A DNA stretch of 64,000 bases from the human T2T-CHM13v2.0 reference genome, Homo sapiens: the NCBI RefSeq assembly GCF_009914755.1, contig NC_060937.1. One strand, 5' to 3'. Below, piece after piece: positions 27,985 through 42,420 of this stretch (the stretch's first letter is position 1; each line of letters begins with the position of its first letter). The position numbers and the translations under genes were made by a program. The notes beneath the pieces are model-generated. The model made no database searches and was not told the DNA's origin. It was given only the letters and a program-made list of their open reading frames with translations.

Positions 27985-28640
27985 TTGGACAATTTATCAT
28001 CAGAAATAGTAATAAAACCATCATGCATTGCTGATGGGAGTGTAAAATAGAATAGTTTCTTAGAAAGTGAAACATATAATTACCATATTAACCCACCTGT
28101 TGCATTCAAGGTATTTACCCAAGATAAATAAAAATGAATGTCCACAAAAAGACTTCCACTGAATGTTCAAGGCAATATATTCACAAATGTTAAAAACTGA
28201 AGCAGCCTAAACATAAACTGGTGTATAAATAAGCACAATATAGTATATTCATGCAATGAAATATTCACCACTTAAGTGGAACAAACTAGGAATACATTCA
28301 AAGGCATGGATAAACCTTGAAAACATTATGCTAACTGAAAGAAGCCAGAAATAAGAGTGTAAATATTGTATAATATCATTTACATGAAACAGAAAAAAAC
28401 CTATGGAGAAAAAAGGCAGATAGGTGGTTGCTTGTGACTGGAAGTTGTAGTGAGATTGACTCTAAGTGGCCACAAAATAATGTTTTGGTATGATGGAAAT
28501 ATTTTAAAAGTGGATTTTGATGATGATTATCCAACTCTATAAGTTTACAAAAATCTTCAAACTTAAAATGGCTTAATCGTATGGTATGAGGTTGTATGGT
28601 ATGAATTGCGTGGTATGAAATAATGCTATTTAAAAATAAA
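27985..28640 (+). mobile_element. L1ME/MB-type 3' end
   Basis: cattgctgatgggagtgtaaaat, aaacattatgctaactgaaagaagccag, tgatggaaatattttaaaa. Confidence 0.8.
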
Positions 28641-29257
28641 TAAAGAGAAATCGTGATAAGTTATAATATTTGTATAAAAAGAATTCATAATGATACTGAA
28701 AAGAAGGAAAAAAGGCTACTCTTTATAGAAGAACATCACGATATACAATAAATTATAGAATTAGAAAATATTTTGTAACTTTTATGTAATGATCAATTCA
28801 GGGAAGGATAACCAATGTGTGTTAAAATACATTAAGTCAAAGGGTGATAGAAAACCGGGAACACACATGATTTAAATACCCACAAACACTTACTAGTTAC
28901 CATGTGGAGTGGTAGCTTTAAAGGGTTAATTATGGTGGATCTTATCTTAAACAAAAGAAATGAAAGGGGAAAAATGAGCCCAGTAAAAATTGCCTTCTGA
29001 TGTAATGTATTGAAAAGTTTACAATATTACTTATATACTATCTTAACCAAAATGTTTAATAAATAATGATGAAATAGACAAATCCGGATTACTGGGGTAT
29101 TATATAAGACTCCTATTAACAGATAGACCTCAAAATGTTATTGTCATGAAAAAATACAATTTTAAAAGGAGCTACAATTTTAAAAGGAGTATTGCTGCTC
29201 TAGATCAAAATGGGACAAAGAGATATATCTTTAATCTTAATGCAATGTGGGATCCTT

Positions 29258-29704
29258 GATATAATAGAATTTAAATGACGACAAATTCTTTGTACCTCCT
29301 TCCAACAAGAGGCAGAACAAATTCCCTTTTCTTTGAACCTAGGTTGGATTTCTGAATTGCTTTGAATCATAAACTGAAGCAGAAGTGAAGCATAGCCATT
29401 CTCAGCCAAGACTTTAAGAGTCTAGGAATCTCTGTCTTTGCTCTTGGATCCCATCTGCCATCATATAAGAAAGTTCGGGCTAGACTTCTGAATAACTAGT
29501 AACCACATGGATATTCCAGCCTCGGTCCGTCTCTGAGTGACTGTAGCTATGTGAGTGACCCCAGACTACATCATGTGTAGCAAATGGACCAACCAGCTGA
29601 GGCTTGCCCAAACTCCGGACCAACAGAGTCGTAAGAAATAATAAACCACTGGTGTTTCAAGCAACTGTATTGCTTTGTTTTAATGTAGCAAGTGATAATG
29701 ACCA
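29258..29704 (+). mobile_element. MLT1 (G/H-like) solo LTR
   Basis: acaaattctttgtacctccttccaacaagagg, gcagaagtga, ccagctgaggcttgcccaaactcc, aataataaacc. Confidence 0.75.
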
Positions 29705-29940
29705 TCTCATGATATCCTACACCAAGCAACAAACAAAACACAGCTGTCAATAATAATGTTGTGATACTAGGTTACATTGAATATTGGCTGGATATAATAA
29801 AATGTTATTTAAAATTTAAGGAGCATCATTATTGATATGTAGGAGTATATTCTTGTATTTAGGGGGTAGGGACTTGAAGATTTAGAATTAAAGCGTATTA
29901 CTCTCTGTTACTTATTCTGTAATACTTCATCTAGGAAACA

Positions 29941-30069
29941 AAAGCATATATATATATATATGCTTTGAATATATATATATATGCTTTGAATATATATATA
30001 TATATATATATAGTCCTGCCAACACACAAGGCATACTTATGCATATATATATATATATATATATTCAGA
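29941..30069. repeat. Complex interrupted (TA)n quasi-palindrome
   Basis: Four TA runs separated by gctttga (twice) and a ~28-bp non-TA insert. Confidence 0.95.
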
Positions 30070-30259
30070 GAAAATGATAAGCAAATGTGACAAAATGTTA
30101 AAAATTATTAATTTTAGGTGAAGATTGTGAGAATATTCATTGTACGATTCTTTCAACTACTCTAAAGTTTAAACAAAATTAAAATAAAAAGTGAGAAAAT
30201 AGGAATGAACAAATGAATATATTCCAGCATTAGAAAACTGTAATCTCTTTATCAGTGAC

Positions 30260-30562
30260 ATTTTATCTTACATCACTTTTTTAATTTAATCCACAGTTCT
30301 CACCAACCACTCCATATTCCCCTTTCCTGATTTTTTAAAAATAAAACTTATTGTCTGACAAACTATATATTTTTTATATATTGTTATTATAAATGCATTT
30401 AGTTACCATACATTTATATATTGTCTGTATTCCTCATTCCTGCCAGGTTATAAACTTTATGAGAGCCGAGATATAAGAACAAAGATTTTTGTTTACTCTT
30501 ATTCAATCCCAAGAGCTTAATAGCTGGTATATAAGATGCACTCAGTGTTTATTGAATTCATG
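30260..30562 (+). mobile_element. L2 3' end
   Basis: ttgtctgtattcc...tataaactttatgagagc...atagctggtatataagatgcactcagtgtttattgaat. Confidence 0.7.
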
Positions 30563-30659
30563 CAACTTGACCTTAAAAAATAGTCTATTTTATAGTAATA
30601 GTGCCATTATATTATTAGAATAATAATTTATTCTAATATATTATCGGGTTATACAACAA

Positions 30660-30860
30660 ATAATATTTATTTCAGAACATCTATCTTAAGAATCATCTAA
30701 AGTACTTTACATATATAATTTATTAATATTAAGAGCACTCAAAGATAAGCTTCATTCCCATTTTCAAAGGAAGAAATTTAGACTTGGAAATTTTAAGTGG
30801 CTCAAAGTCATACATATAAGAGAAAGATTTTTAAGCACTAGTCTTCTTTCTTCCGAACAG
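30660..30860 (-). mobile_element. MIR
   Basis: actttacatatataat...attcccattttcaaaggaagaaa...ttaagtggctcaaagtcata. Confidence 0.65.
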
Positions 30861-31914
30861 GCAGTGTTCTCAGTTCTTATTTAGAGCATGTTTTGTCTGG
30901 ATGAAAATTCTCATCTTTTCTGAAATACATAGCTTTGGGTGAGATTCATTAAGATAGGTGATGGGAAGAATCAGGCTGATTATATAGAATCTAATTTCTA
31001 AAATACAATAGCATGTGAGGATTGGTAATAGATTATTAGTCTTTACACATTTCTGCGTTTTAATTCAATTTTATTAAAATATGATGAGTCAATAAAAGAA
31101 TCAGAGTTTTAGAGCAAAAGAGTATGACTTTAATCAAGCAACATTATATATAGCCCATCTGATGTCCACTGAAGTTAGATATGATGTGTTACATATTCAG
31201 TAGAGTCATTGAAATTCACATGAACAAAACAATTACAAATAAAGAATCCAAGATGACAAGTTAAGAAGCAAATAACAGAATTAATTGGGAGGAAGTCTGC
31301 TATTCGAAATACTTTTTCAGCAAGAGAGATTAGTTCTTGAAAAAAAGCAAGCAATTTATTTGAAAAAATAAAAAGGTCTTAATTATTGGAATCTAGACAG
31401 TCATCTGAACCAAATAATCTGAAGAATTGGCTGAGAGCAACTTAGCTAATTGAAAAATTAACCTTTAATTTTAATCAGCAAATGTTAATTTGTTATTCAA
31501 ACTCATTAAATTTCTGTTGCAATTCTAAAACAACCTACCAATTTGTAGATATAATAAATATATATTCAGATGATGTTTTACCTCATGCCAACACACAAGG
31601 CATACTTATTATATATACAATGTTTTACCTATGAATGAAGATAATACCAGTACTTTGACAGTGACAGACATTATCCATTTATCAGTCTTACAGTAACAAA
31701 TGATAAACATTCTAACCAGAGTCAAGATGAAATCATACAGCTACTTAAATAGTTCATCAAAATTACCTTGCCAGATGCCATGTATTTGTTGGTCCAATAA
31801 ATGATGTACTAGAATATACAGCGGTTCTATACATGATTGTGAAGAGAAATTCAGAGTTAGTGTGCTGTGGAAGGAGTAAAAATTATTGTAGTAGTAGACA
31901 TATGACTAAATGGA

Positions 31915-32640
<726 letters not shown>

Positions 32641-32857
32641 GATATTAAATTCCATGTTATGGTACCCTAGATAGAATCCTGGAACAGAGAAAGAATATTA
32701 GGTAAAAACTAAGATAATTTGAATAAACTATGTATTTTAGGTAATAATAACTTACCAAAATAAATCAATAGTGACAAATGTGACACACTATTGTTAGATA
32801 TGAATAATAGGGAAAACTGGGTGTGGGGTATATAAGAATATATATACAACACAATGT

Positions 32858-32960
32858 TGTGTGTGTGTGTGTGTGTGTGTGTGTATCTATCTACATATAT
32901 CTATATCTATCTATATATATCTATATCTATCTATATATCTGTATATACACACATACATAT
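32858..32960. repeat. (TG)n followed by (TATC/TA)n compound microsatellite
   Basis: Direct inspection. Confidence 0.9.
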
Positions 32961-32961
32961 A

Positions 32962-33338
32962 TTGTGGAATACTACTCAACCACAAAATAGAATAAAATTA
33001 TGTCTATTGCAAGCAACATGGATGGAACTAGAGGCCATATCCTAAGTGAAATGATTCAGAAACAGTCAAAAATCACTTGGCCTCACTTCTGAGTAGCAGC
33101 TAAATAATAGGTACACATGGACATACAAAATGAAATAATGGACACTGGAGACTCTGAAATGTGGGAGGCTGAGAGGGGTATAAGAGATGAAATACTACTT
33201 ATAAGGCACCATGTTCACTATTCAGGTGATGACTGCAGTGAAAGCCCAGGCTTCACCACTATATGATATACCCATATAACACAACTGCACTGGTACCCCT
33301 AAATCTATTAAAAAAATTGTAAAAGACAAAAAAAAAAT
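32962..33338 (+). mobile_element. L1PB/L1MA-type 3' end
   Basis: gcaacatggatggaactagaggccat, gacactggagactctgaa, aaagcccaggcttcaccactat, gtacccctaaatct then A-rich tail. Confidence 0.88.
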
Positions 33339-34099
33339 TTCCATTACCTTGTCGGGTGTATACGTCTGTGGTTGTTGATATCTTTGATGTATTTTTACTT
33401 GATAAGAATTGCAAGTGTATCTTAGGGAAAATACAACAGAAATATTAAAATACAGAATAATTTTAAAATAGATATTATTAAAAGATTATACAAATATTTT
33501 GATACTTAGAGGAGACACACAATTTCTCTGTTGCCATATTAGAAAGAAAATAGCACTTTCTCCAGATGTTGTTATGAAACCAACCTAGCATTAACTGATG
33601 AAAAAAAAAGTGGAGGAAGCATATTTTGATAAAGTCTTAAAAATATAGGCATTCTTTGGTAGCTCACAAACCTTTTGCTCCCTGATTTGGTACAGAGAAC
33701 ATACTATAGGGTTACAATCTCTGATTTGAATCTTTAAATATAATAATGAAATATTATTACCGAAGTATAATTATATTAATCTGAAGTATGGTCATATTTT
33801 TCTTTCTTAAATGACTTTTTTTTCAATTGAAGGAAAGCTAAGCATACAGTATAACAATACTTTGGTAAAAAATTATTATAGCTAATATGTTTTGTAAATG
33901 CTTGGAAATAAAATACTCTGCCCCTTTACATTTAAGCCACAATATTTTATGTCATAGGATCCATGTTATTTGCAATAACAGCAACAATATTAACAGCAAG
34001 ATAAAAATTGGGGCCCAAAATATCGTTCATGCTTTGTTCTAATACATTATTACTATTGATACCTAGGTGTCTTTAGCATATTAATTATAATTTTTTAAA

Positions 34100-34225
34100 A
34101 TATGGTTTTTTCATCTGCTATATGGTGGTAATAGTGTCTGCTTTCTATACTTCATAGAGTGTTATGAAGTAAAATGAGATCATGTATGTGAATGTTTGTG
34201 AATTATGAACTGAAAAAGCATTAAA
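34100..34225 (+). mobile_element. MIR fragment
   Basis: ttttttcatctg...ggtaatagt...cttcatagagtgttatgaagtaaaatgagat. Confidence 0.6.
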
Positions 34226-34497
34226 TTTATTTTTTTCCTTTTGGACTGTGTTTTCCTTTATAGTGAAAGGAAGAAATTGAAATTCAGAAATGTAAACAAT
34301 TATGAGAATAATAATAAATAGTTCTCAATTTACATTACAGAATTTAAATTCCTGAGTCCAAGCTGTCACATTCTCCTGAGTGTTTGATTTAGTTGAATGG
34401 CAGGACTTTGATATCTGGTGTGACACCTTCTATCTTTATATAACCAAGCAAATATTTATTGACTTATTGCAAATGATATCTAGACTCTTGATATTTA

Positions 34498-34828
<331 letters not shown>

Positions 34829-37084
34829 AACGTGTTTTACTTTAAAAGAAGGCACTAGTATTTACTATTAATTTGGATGTACAATATCTGCAATAAAGCA
34901 TATACAGTAAAAACAGATAAGTAAATAGGTAGATACAGGTAAATGAAAGAAAGAAGGACAACCATACACATTTGTATTTTCTTACACATGTGCATACTGA
35001 TTGTACACATCTGTATGGATAATTATGTACTAGGAATAAGTAAGTTGCTCTGTATTTGTAAGCTTCATTCCTAATTTATTATTGATAAAAGTAGGCCTTC
35101 GGGAAAAAAAGATTATTTGGCATTTTAGATGCCCACTGAGAAAATGAGGATCAAAGAATCTATTTACAGTAAAGAAGGGGGAGGTAAAAACTAATTAGTA
35201 ATTATAGCCTATAAACATTTACAAATTAAATCTTCTTTGTAGACTTAATGTCTTATGATAAAAAATGTTCAGTCAGATGTTCCTTTTAAAGAAATACTGT
35301 TAAACAAGAATATTTCAGTACCACATTCAGATTCAATTATTTTAAAATAATTTAAGATCAATCTGTAGCAAGATTTTCATCTAGAGATTTTTGATAGTTA
35401 ACCAAATGATTTGGTATCCTCTATCTATTTTATAAAGTGTTAGGCCTAGTGTCGATAATCATTGAGACAGTTTCTCCTAGTGTATAAATGATTCATTTGA
35501 AGGAGGTTAAGTGCTTTGGGGAAACTTTATTAACTTTTCCAGGAGCCAAGGGTATCATTTAACAAATGGTACTGCCTCTTCCCATCAAAAATGGCCCATT
35601 ACACCCAAGTCATGTATCATATGTCAGGTAAATATAGTACTTATTTTGTTGATTGAGCCAGAAAGATTAAGAACCTTTCCAAAAGAGGACAAAATGAAGC
35701 ATTAAAGAACTGGGACCAAAAAACGAGGCGATTGCCACCCTGTAGTGCTTAGTAAGTCATTAGCTCACATTCCCTTCACATTAGCACACTTCACTTCAGC
35801 ACAGTACCATATCTCACAGCATTTATCAATCCACAAAGAGAATCAAAGCAGTAAGAAATGTGCTCTTCATTGTCGATCAGAAAAGCCAATTACAACTTCT
35901 ATTAGATCCCTGTCTAAGTCAGCGAAGTGCAAAGCAAGCAAAAAAGTCACTTCTCCAGTGTATGCCTTTTCAGCAAGATTTGACAACTTACAAAGAATTA
36001 TCTGAAACGGATGATCACGATCATTATGTGTCTATCATACAAGTGTTAAACGGCTGTGTACTACATACATACTGTAAGAATGAGGAAGACATTTTTAAGA
36101 ATATTGGCTTAAAATGATTTTAGTAGCCTCATAACCTCATAAGCTGATATTTTAGACAATCTTGTCTTTTAACTTAACCTAGCAAACACAAGTACAGCTT
36201 AAGAATTGTTTTACCATTTTAACTTCTGTACTATATTAATCTATATTGTAATAATTTGATTTTAAACAAAAATTAATTTTTATATTAAAACCCATATACT
36301 TCAGAAACTCTGGAATTCCACAACTTCTGATACAAGATTCTAAATAATATAAAACCAAATAATTACATTTGTCATTTAAATTATGCAACAAGTTGAGACA
36401 CGGAAACTAAACAATAATCTAATTAGTTCGATGTTGTAACTTACTGTAAGAAAGGCAATGACTTTGTATATCAATTTTATTATTGTTGAACAGGTTTACA
36501 TAATATACTTCTAGGAAGTAAAATTCAGTCTATTAGTTGTATTTTCTATAGATACCATAAGAAGCATGATTTTGAGTTTATGACTTACAAAATCCTGATT
36601 CTGACAGTTTTTTAGCAGATAGTAATTAATAAAGTGACAACTGACAAATAGAAACAACAGAAATCTTGATATTTAAGTTGCATTTCAATTTCACTTCTAA
36701 AGATCATGAGTCTGCTTTCCTATTAAATTCATTGCTTTTTATGACTTTGAAGAAGATCTCTTAGAGTCATGTCAAATTTTGCTATTTGGGGCAAAGACCA
36801 TGCCAGAATTTATAGGACAAAAAGTATATCATAAAGGTCTTGATAGTAAGTTCTAAAATTTTAATGAGTATAAATACATAACAACTCAGACATGAGTTTA
36901 GAAAAATTTTATCAAACCAACTTATCACTCTCTCATACCAAAAGAGAATCTTTTAAGTTATAGGCTTTGTATCAGTTGTAATTAAAATATCATTGTAGAA
37001 CTAGTTATGAGAAATTTTAATCAGAAACAATTAAATCCTCTCACATAGATACAGAGTTCCACAGTCAAATAAAAAATCAGATGT

Positions 37085-38510
<1,426 letters not shown>

Positions 38511-38569
38511 TAGAGATGGAGAAATGATAATGTGTGAAAATGTTCAGCCCATGTACTTCATAAATATAA

Positions 38570-39188
<619 letters not shown>

Positions 39189-40282
39189 AAGTTCATGGGA
39201 CTAAAGAGTTTTTATATTATGCCTTCAATAATTTCAGTGGGTATCCAATAGTTACCATAAAAAATGTAAGTTTGGACTTGATAAATAATGTAACTCAACT
39301 TTTTTTTGTATTCTACAGAAATGGAATTATTTTCATCAATGTATCAATTAAGGTCTGCACACATTTAGTTAATTCCACCCCATATCAAGTCTCATTTAAA
39401 TAGTAGTTAAGACTTATAAAGTGAAAGAAATTAGTAACTAGGGAATTGGAGGAAGGCAGTAGATTAGATGTTTTGACATAACTATAGAAATCTTGGAGAT
39501 AAATAGCAGAACTGTCCTTTTAGCAGAAACATGTGGCAGCTGACAGTAGAGACAATCATTTTATTCAGCAGATAACAAAAACAGGAGTTGGAAGGCAGCG
39601 CAAATCAGGTAAGAAACTATCTGGACGTAATATAATTAACTCTACTTATAGAATTTCTGCACTGTTCACCTCTTCCCTCTTTGAATTGCAACTGCTTTAT
39701 TTTGTTTATGCTAAAACTTGAGGAATATTTTCTATAAAATGATGACAATTATATGCTTTAGTAAAACTAGGGTTTCTAGTGTGGCTGACAGGGTCACAGA
39801 GTAATGTCAACATTTTCTGCCTTGAGGTGGGAGGAGCTCAGTGTGCATGCTGCTTGTTTCTCTCTCATGTAATGTAGATTCTGTCCAGTGAGCACCCACG
39901 TGCGCATATGCAGTGTACAGTCAAACCTTACTTTCAACTAAGAATCTTGATGAGGAAATAAATTTATAAAATAACAACTTCAGCGAACGATTTAGATGAA
40001 TCAACATGGTTCTTCATTCAGAATAATTTAAATAGAATATAAGGACCAAATAATGCATGACATTGAAATAAAACAAAACAAACAAATGAAAACATAACAG
40101 TCCAACTGACCTTCAAGGAAACCCAGATAAGACAGGCCCAAAAAATAACCTTAGAATTCCCTGTTTTCCTAATTAGTTTACTCAGAGATCTGAGGAGATA
40201 CTAGGGAGACTGGGAAACCTTCACTGTCCTACTAGTCGTAATAACTACTAGTGTTTACTCTACGGAGCAGTATTTGGCAGTG

Positions 40283-41842
40283 CAGTCATTAGTCGCTTAA
40301 CAACAGGGTTACGTTCAGAGAAAGGGACCCTTGAGGAAACTGTCCTCGTGGGAACATCATGGGGTGCACTTACATAAACCTAGATGACACAGCCTACTAC
40401 ACACCCAGGCTACATGGTATAGCCTATTGCTCCTAGGCTACAAACCTGTACCACATATTAGCGTACTGAATATTGTAGGCAACTGTCACACAATGGTAGG
40501 TATATGTGTATCTAAATATGGAAAAGATAAAGTATTGTATAAAAAATGGAACACTGTAGTAGGGTATTTACTATGAATGGAAGCTGCAGGGCTCAACGTT
40601 GCCTTGGTAGAGTCAATGAGTGAGTGGTGGAGTGGTGGCTAAATATGAAGGCCTATGACATGACTATACACTACTGTAGACTTTATAAACACTGTAGACC
40701 TGAGCTACATTAAATTTTTTTAATGATTTCTTATTTTTTCAATAATAAATCAAACAAACTGTAAATTTTTTATTTTGTAAACTTTAAATTTTTTTACACT
40801 GACTCTTTTGTAATAGCACTTAGCTTAAAACACAAACACACTGTATGGCTGTACAAGAGTATTCTATTTTACACCCTTCACCTGTAAGTTGTTCTTCCCT
40901 TTAACTTTTTAAAATTTTGTTTTAAATCCTTTTTGTCAAAAACTAAAACTAAAACACACAAATTAGCCAAGGCCTACAAAAAATTGGGATCATCAATATC
41001 ACTATCTTCTACCCCCACATCTTGTCCCACTGGAAGGTCTTCGGGGCAATAACATACATAGAACTGTTGTCTCCTATGAAAACAATGCCTCCTGGCCAGG
41101 CATGGTGGCTTACACCTGTAATCCCAGCACTTTGGGAGGCCGAGACAGGCAGATCATGAGGTCAGGAGTTCTAGACCAGCCTGGCCAACATGGTGAAACC
41201 CTGTCTGTACTGAAAATACAAAAATTAGCTAGGTGTAGTGGTGCATGCTTGTAATCCCTGCTACTCAGGAGGCTGAGGCAGGAGAATTGCTTGAACCCAG
41301 GAGGCACAGGTTGCAGTGAGATGAGATCATGCCCCTACACCCCAGCCTGGGCGACAGAGCAAGACTCTGTCTAAAAAAAAAAAAAAAAAAAAACAAAAAA
41401 AAAGAAAGAAAGAAAAGAAAATAAAAAAGAAAAAACAAAAAATAAATCCCTTCTTCTATGATATTTCCTGAAGGATCTGCTTAAGGTTGGTTAGCAGTTA
41501 ACTATTTTTTAATATAAGTCAAAGGGGTATACACTAAAATAACAATAAAAATTATTAGTATCGTAAATATGTAAAACAGTAATATAATCATTTATTATTA
41601 TTATCAAGTATTATGTGTTGTACATAACTGTATGTGCTATACTTTTATATGACTGAGAGTTGAGTAAGTTTGTTTACACCAGCATCACCACAAACACATA
41701 AGTAATGCATTGTGTGATGACATTACATCAGCCATGATGTCACTAGGCTATAGGAATTTTTCAGCTCCTTTACAATCTTATGAGACCACCATCATTTATG
41801 CAGTACATCTTGACCAAAACATCGTTATGAGAAATATGATTG
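40283..41842 (+). mobile_element. Tigger3b/MER7B DNA transposon (contains an Alu)
   Basis: 5' TIR cagtcattagtcgcttaacaac; 3' ttgaccaaaacatcgttatg...gattg then TA; shares both ends with the element at 917-1250. Confidence 0.9.
41094..41445 (+). mobile_element. AluSg-like with long A-rich tail
   Basis: agatcatgaggtcaggagtt diagnostic; tail about 70 nt. Confidence 0.92.
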
Positions 41843-41849
41843 TACATAG

Positions 41850-42420
41850 AAAATTACATAAATGTTTACTCTTTGACTCAGAAATCATATTTCTAGGGCT
41901 TTCCTCTCAAAAACATATAAGAAAAATATGGTGACACAATCATAAGACTGTTATATTATTTGTAATAGCAAAAAAATGGAACCAACACTATCCCCCTTAA
42001 TAGGAGACATTTTAAATAAGCTGGATAAATTCCTTACAAAAATACATGGGACATTAAAGAGCAGTCAGACAGAGCTCTCTACCCTTCTCTGTAGTAGTCT
42101 CCAGAACATTTCATTGTTAAGAAAAAATCCAGCAAGTTTAAGAAGAATATACAGTATGCAAATATTATGTAATAAATTGAGAATGTGATGTATAAGGGTA
42201 TATACGTATGTTTGTGTTTGTATAGGTGTGTATTAGTTTTTCAGAAGAAATCCTTAAAGGATAACAAAAACATTTACAAATGGTTTCCGACAAGAAAAGG
42301 AAAAAAACATGAGGATAGTCACGGGGATGGAAGCTAGGTCTCTCAATTTTATAATTTTGAGTTTGGAACCAAATAAATGTTGACCTAATTAAAATGATTT
42401 TAAAGGAAAACAATCAATCC
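41850..42420 (+). mobile_element. L1ME-type 3' fragment
   Basis: ctttgactcagaaatcatatttctagg, tatttgtaatagcaaaaaaatggaac. Confidence 0.6.

Larger units (their letters stand above)
28640..30195 (+). mobile_element. L1MC-type 3' UTR, interrupted by an MLT1 LTR and a TA tract
   Basis: aatgcaatgtgggatccttgat, aagcaaatgtgacaaaatgttaa, attcattgtacgattctttcaact. Confidence 0.6.

Noticed and set aside
31050-31560. Cluster of TAAT/ATTA homeobox-like motifs
   Set aside because: Not distinguishable from background at this AT content without conservation data
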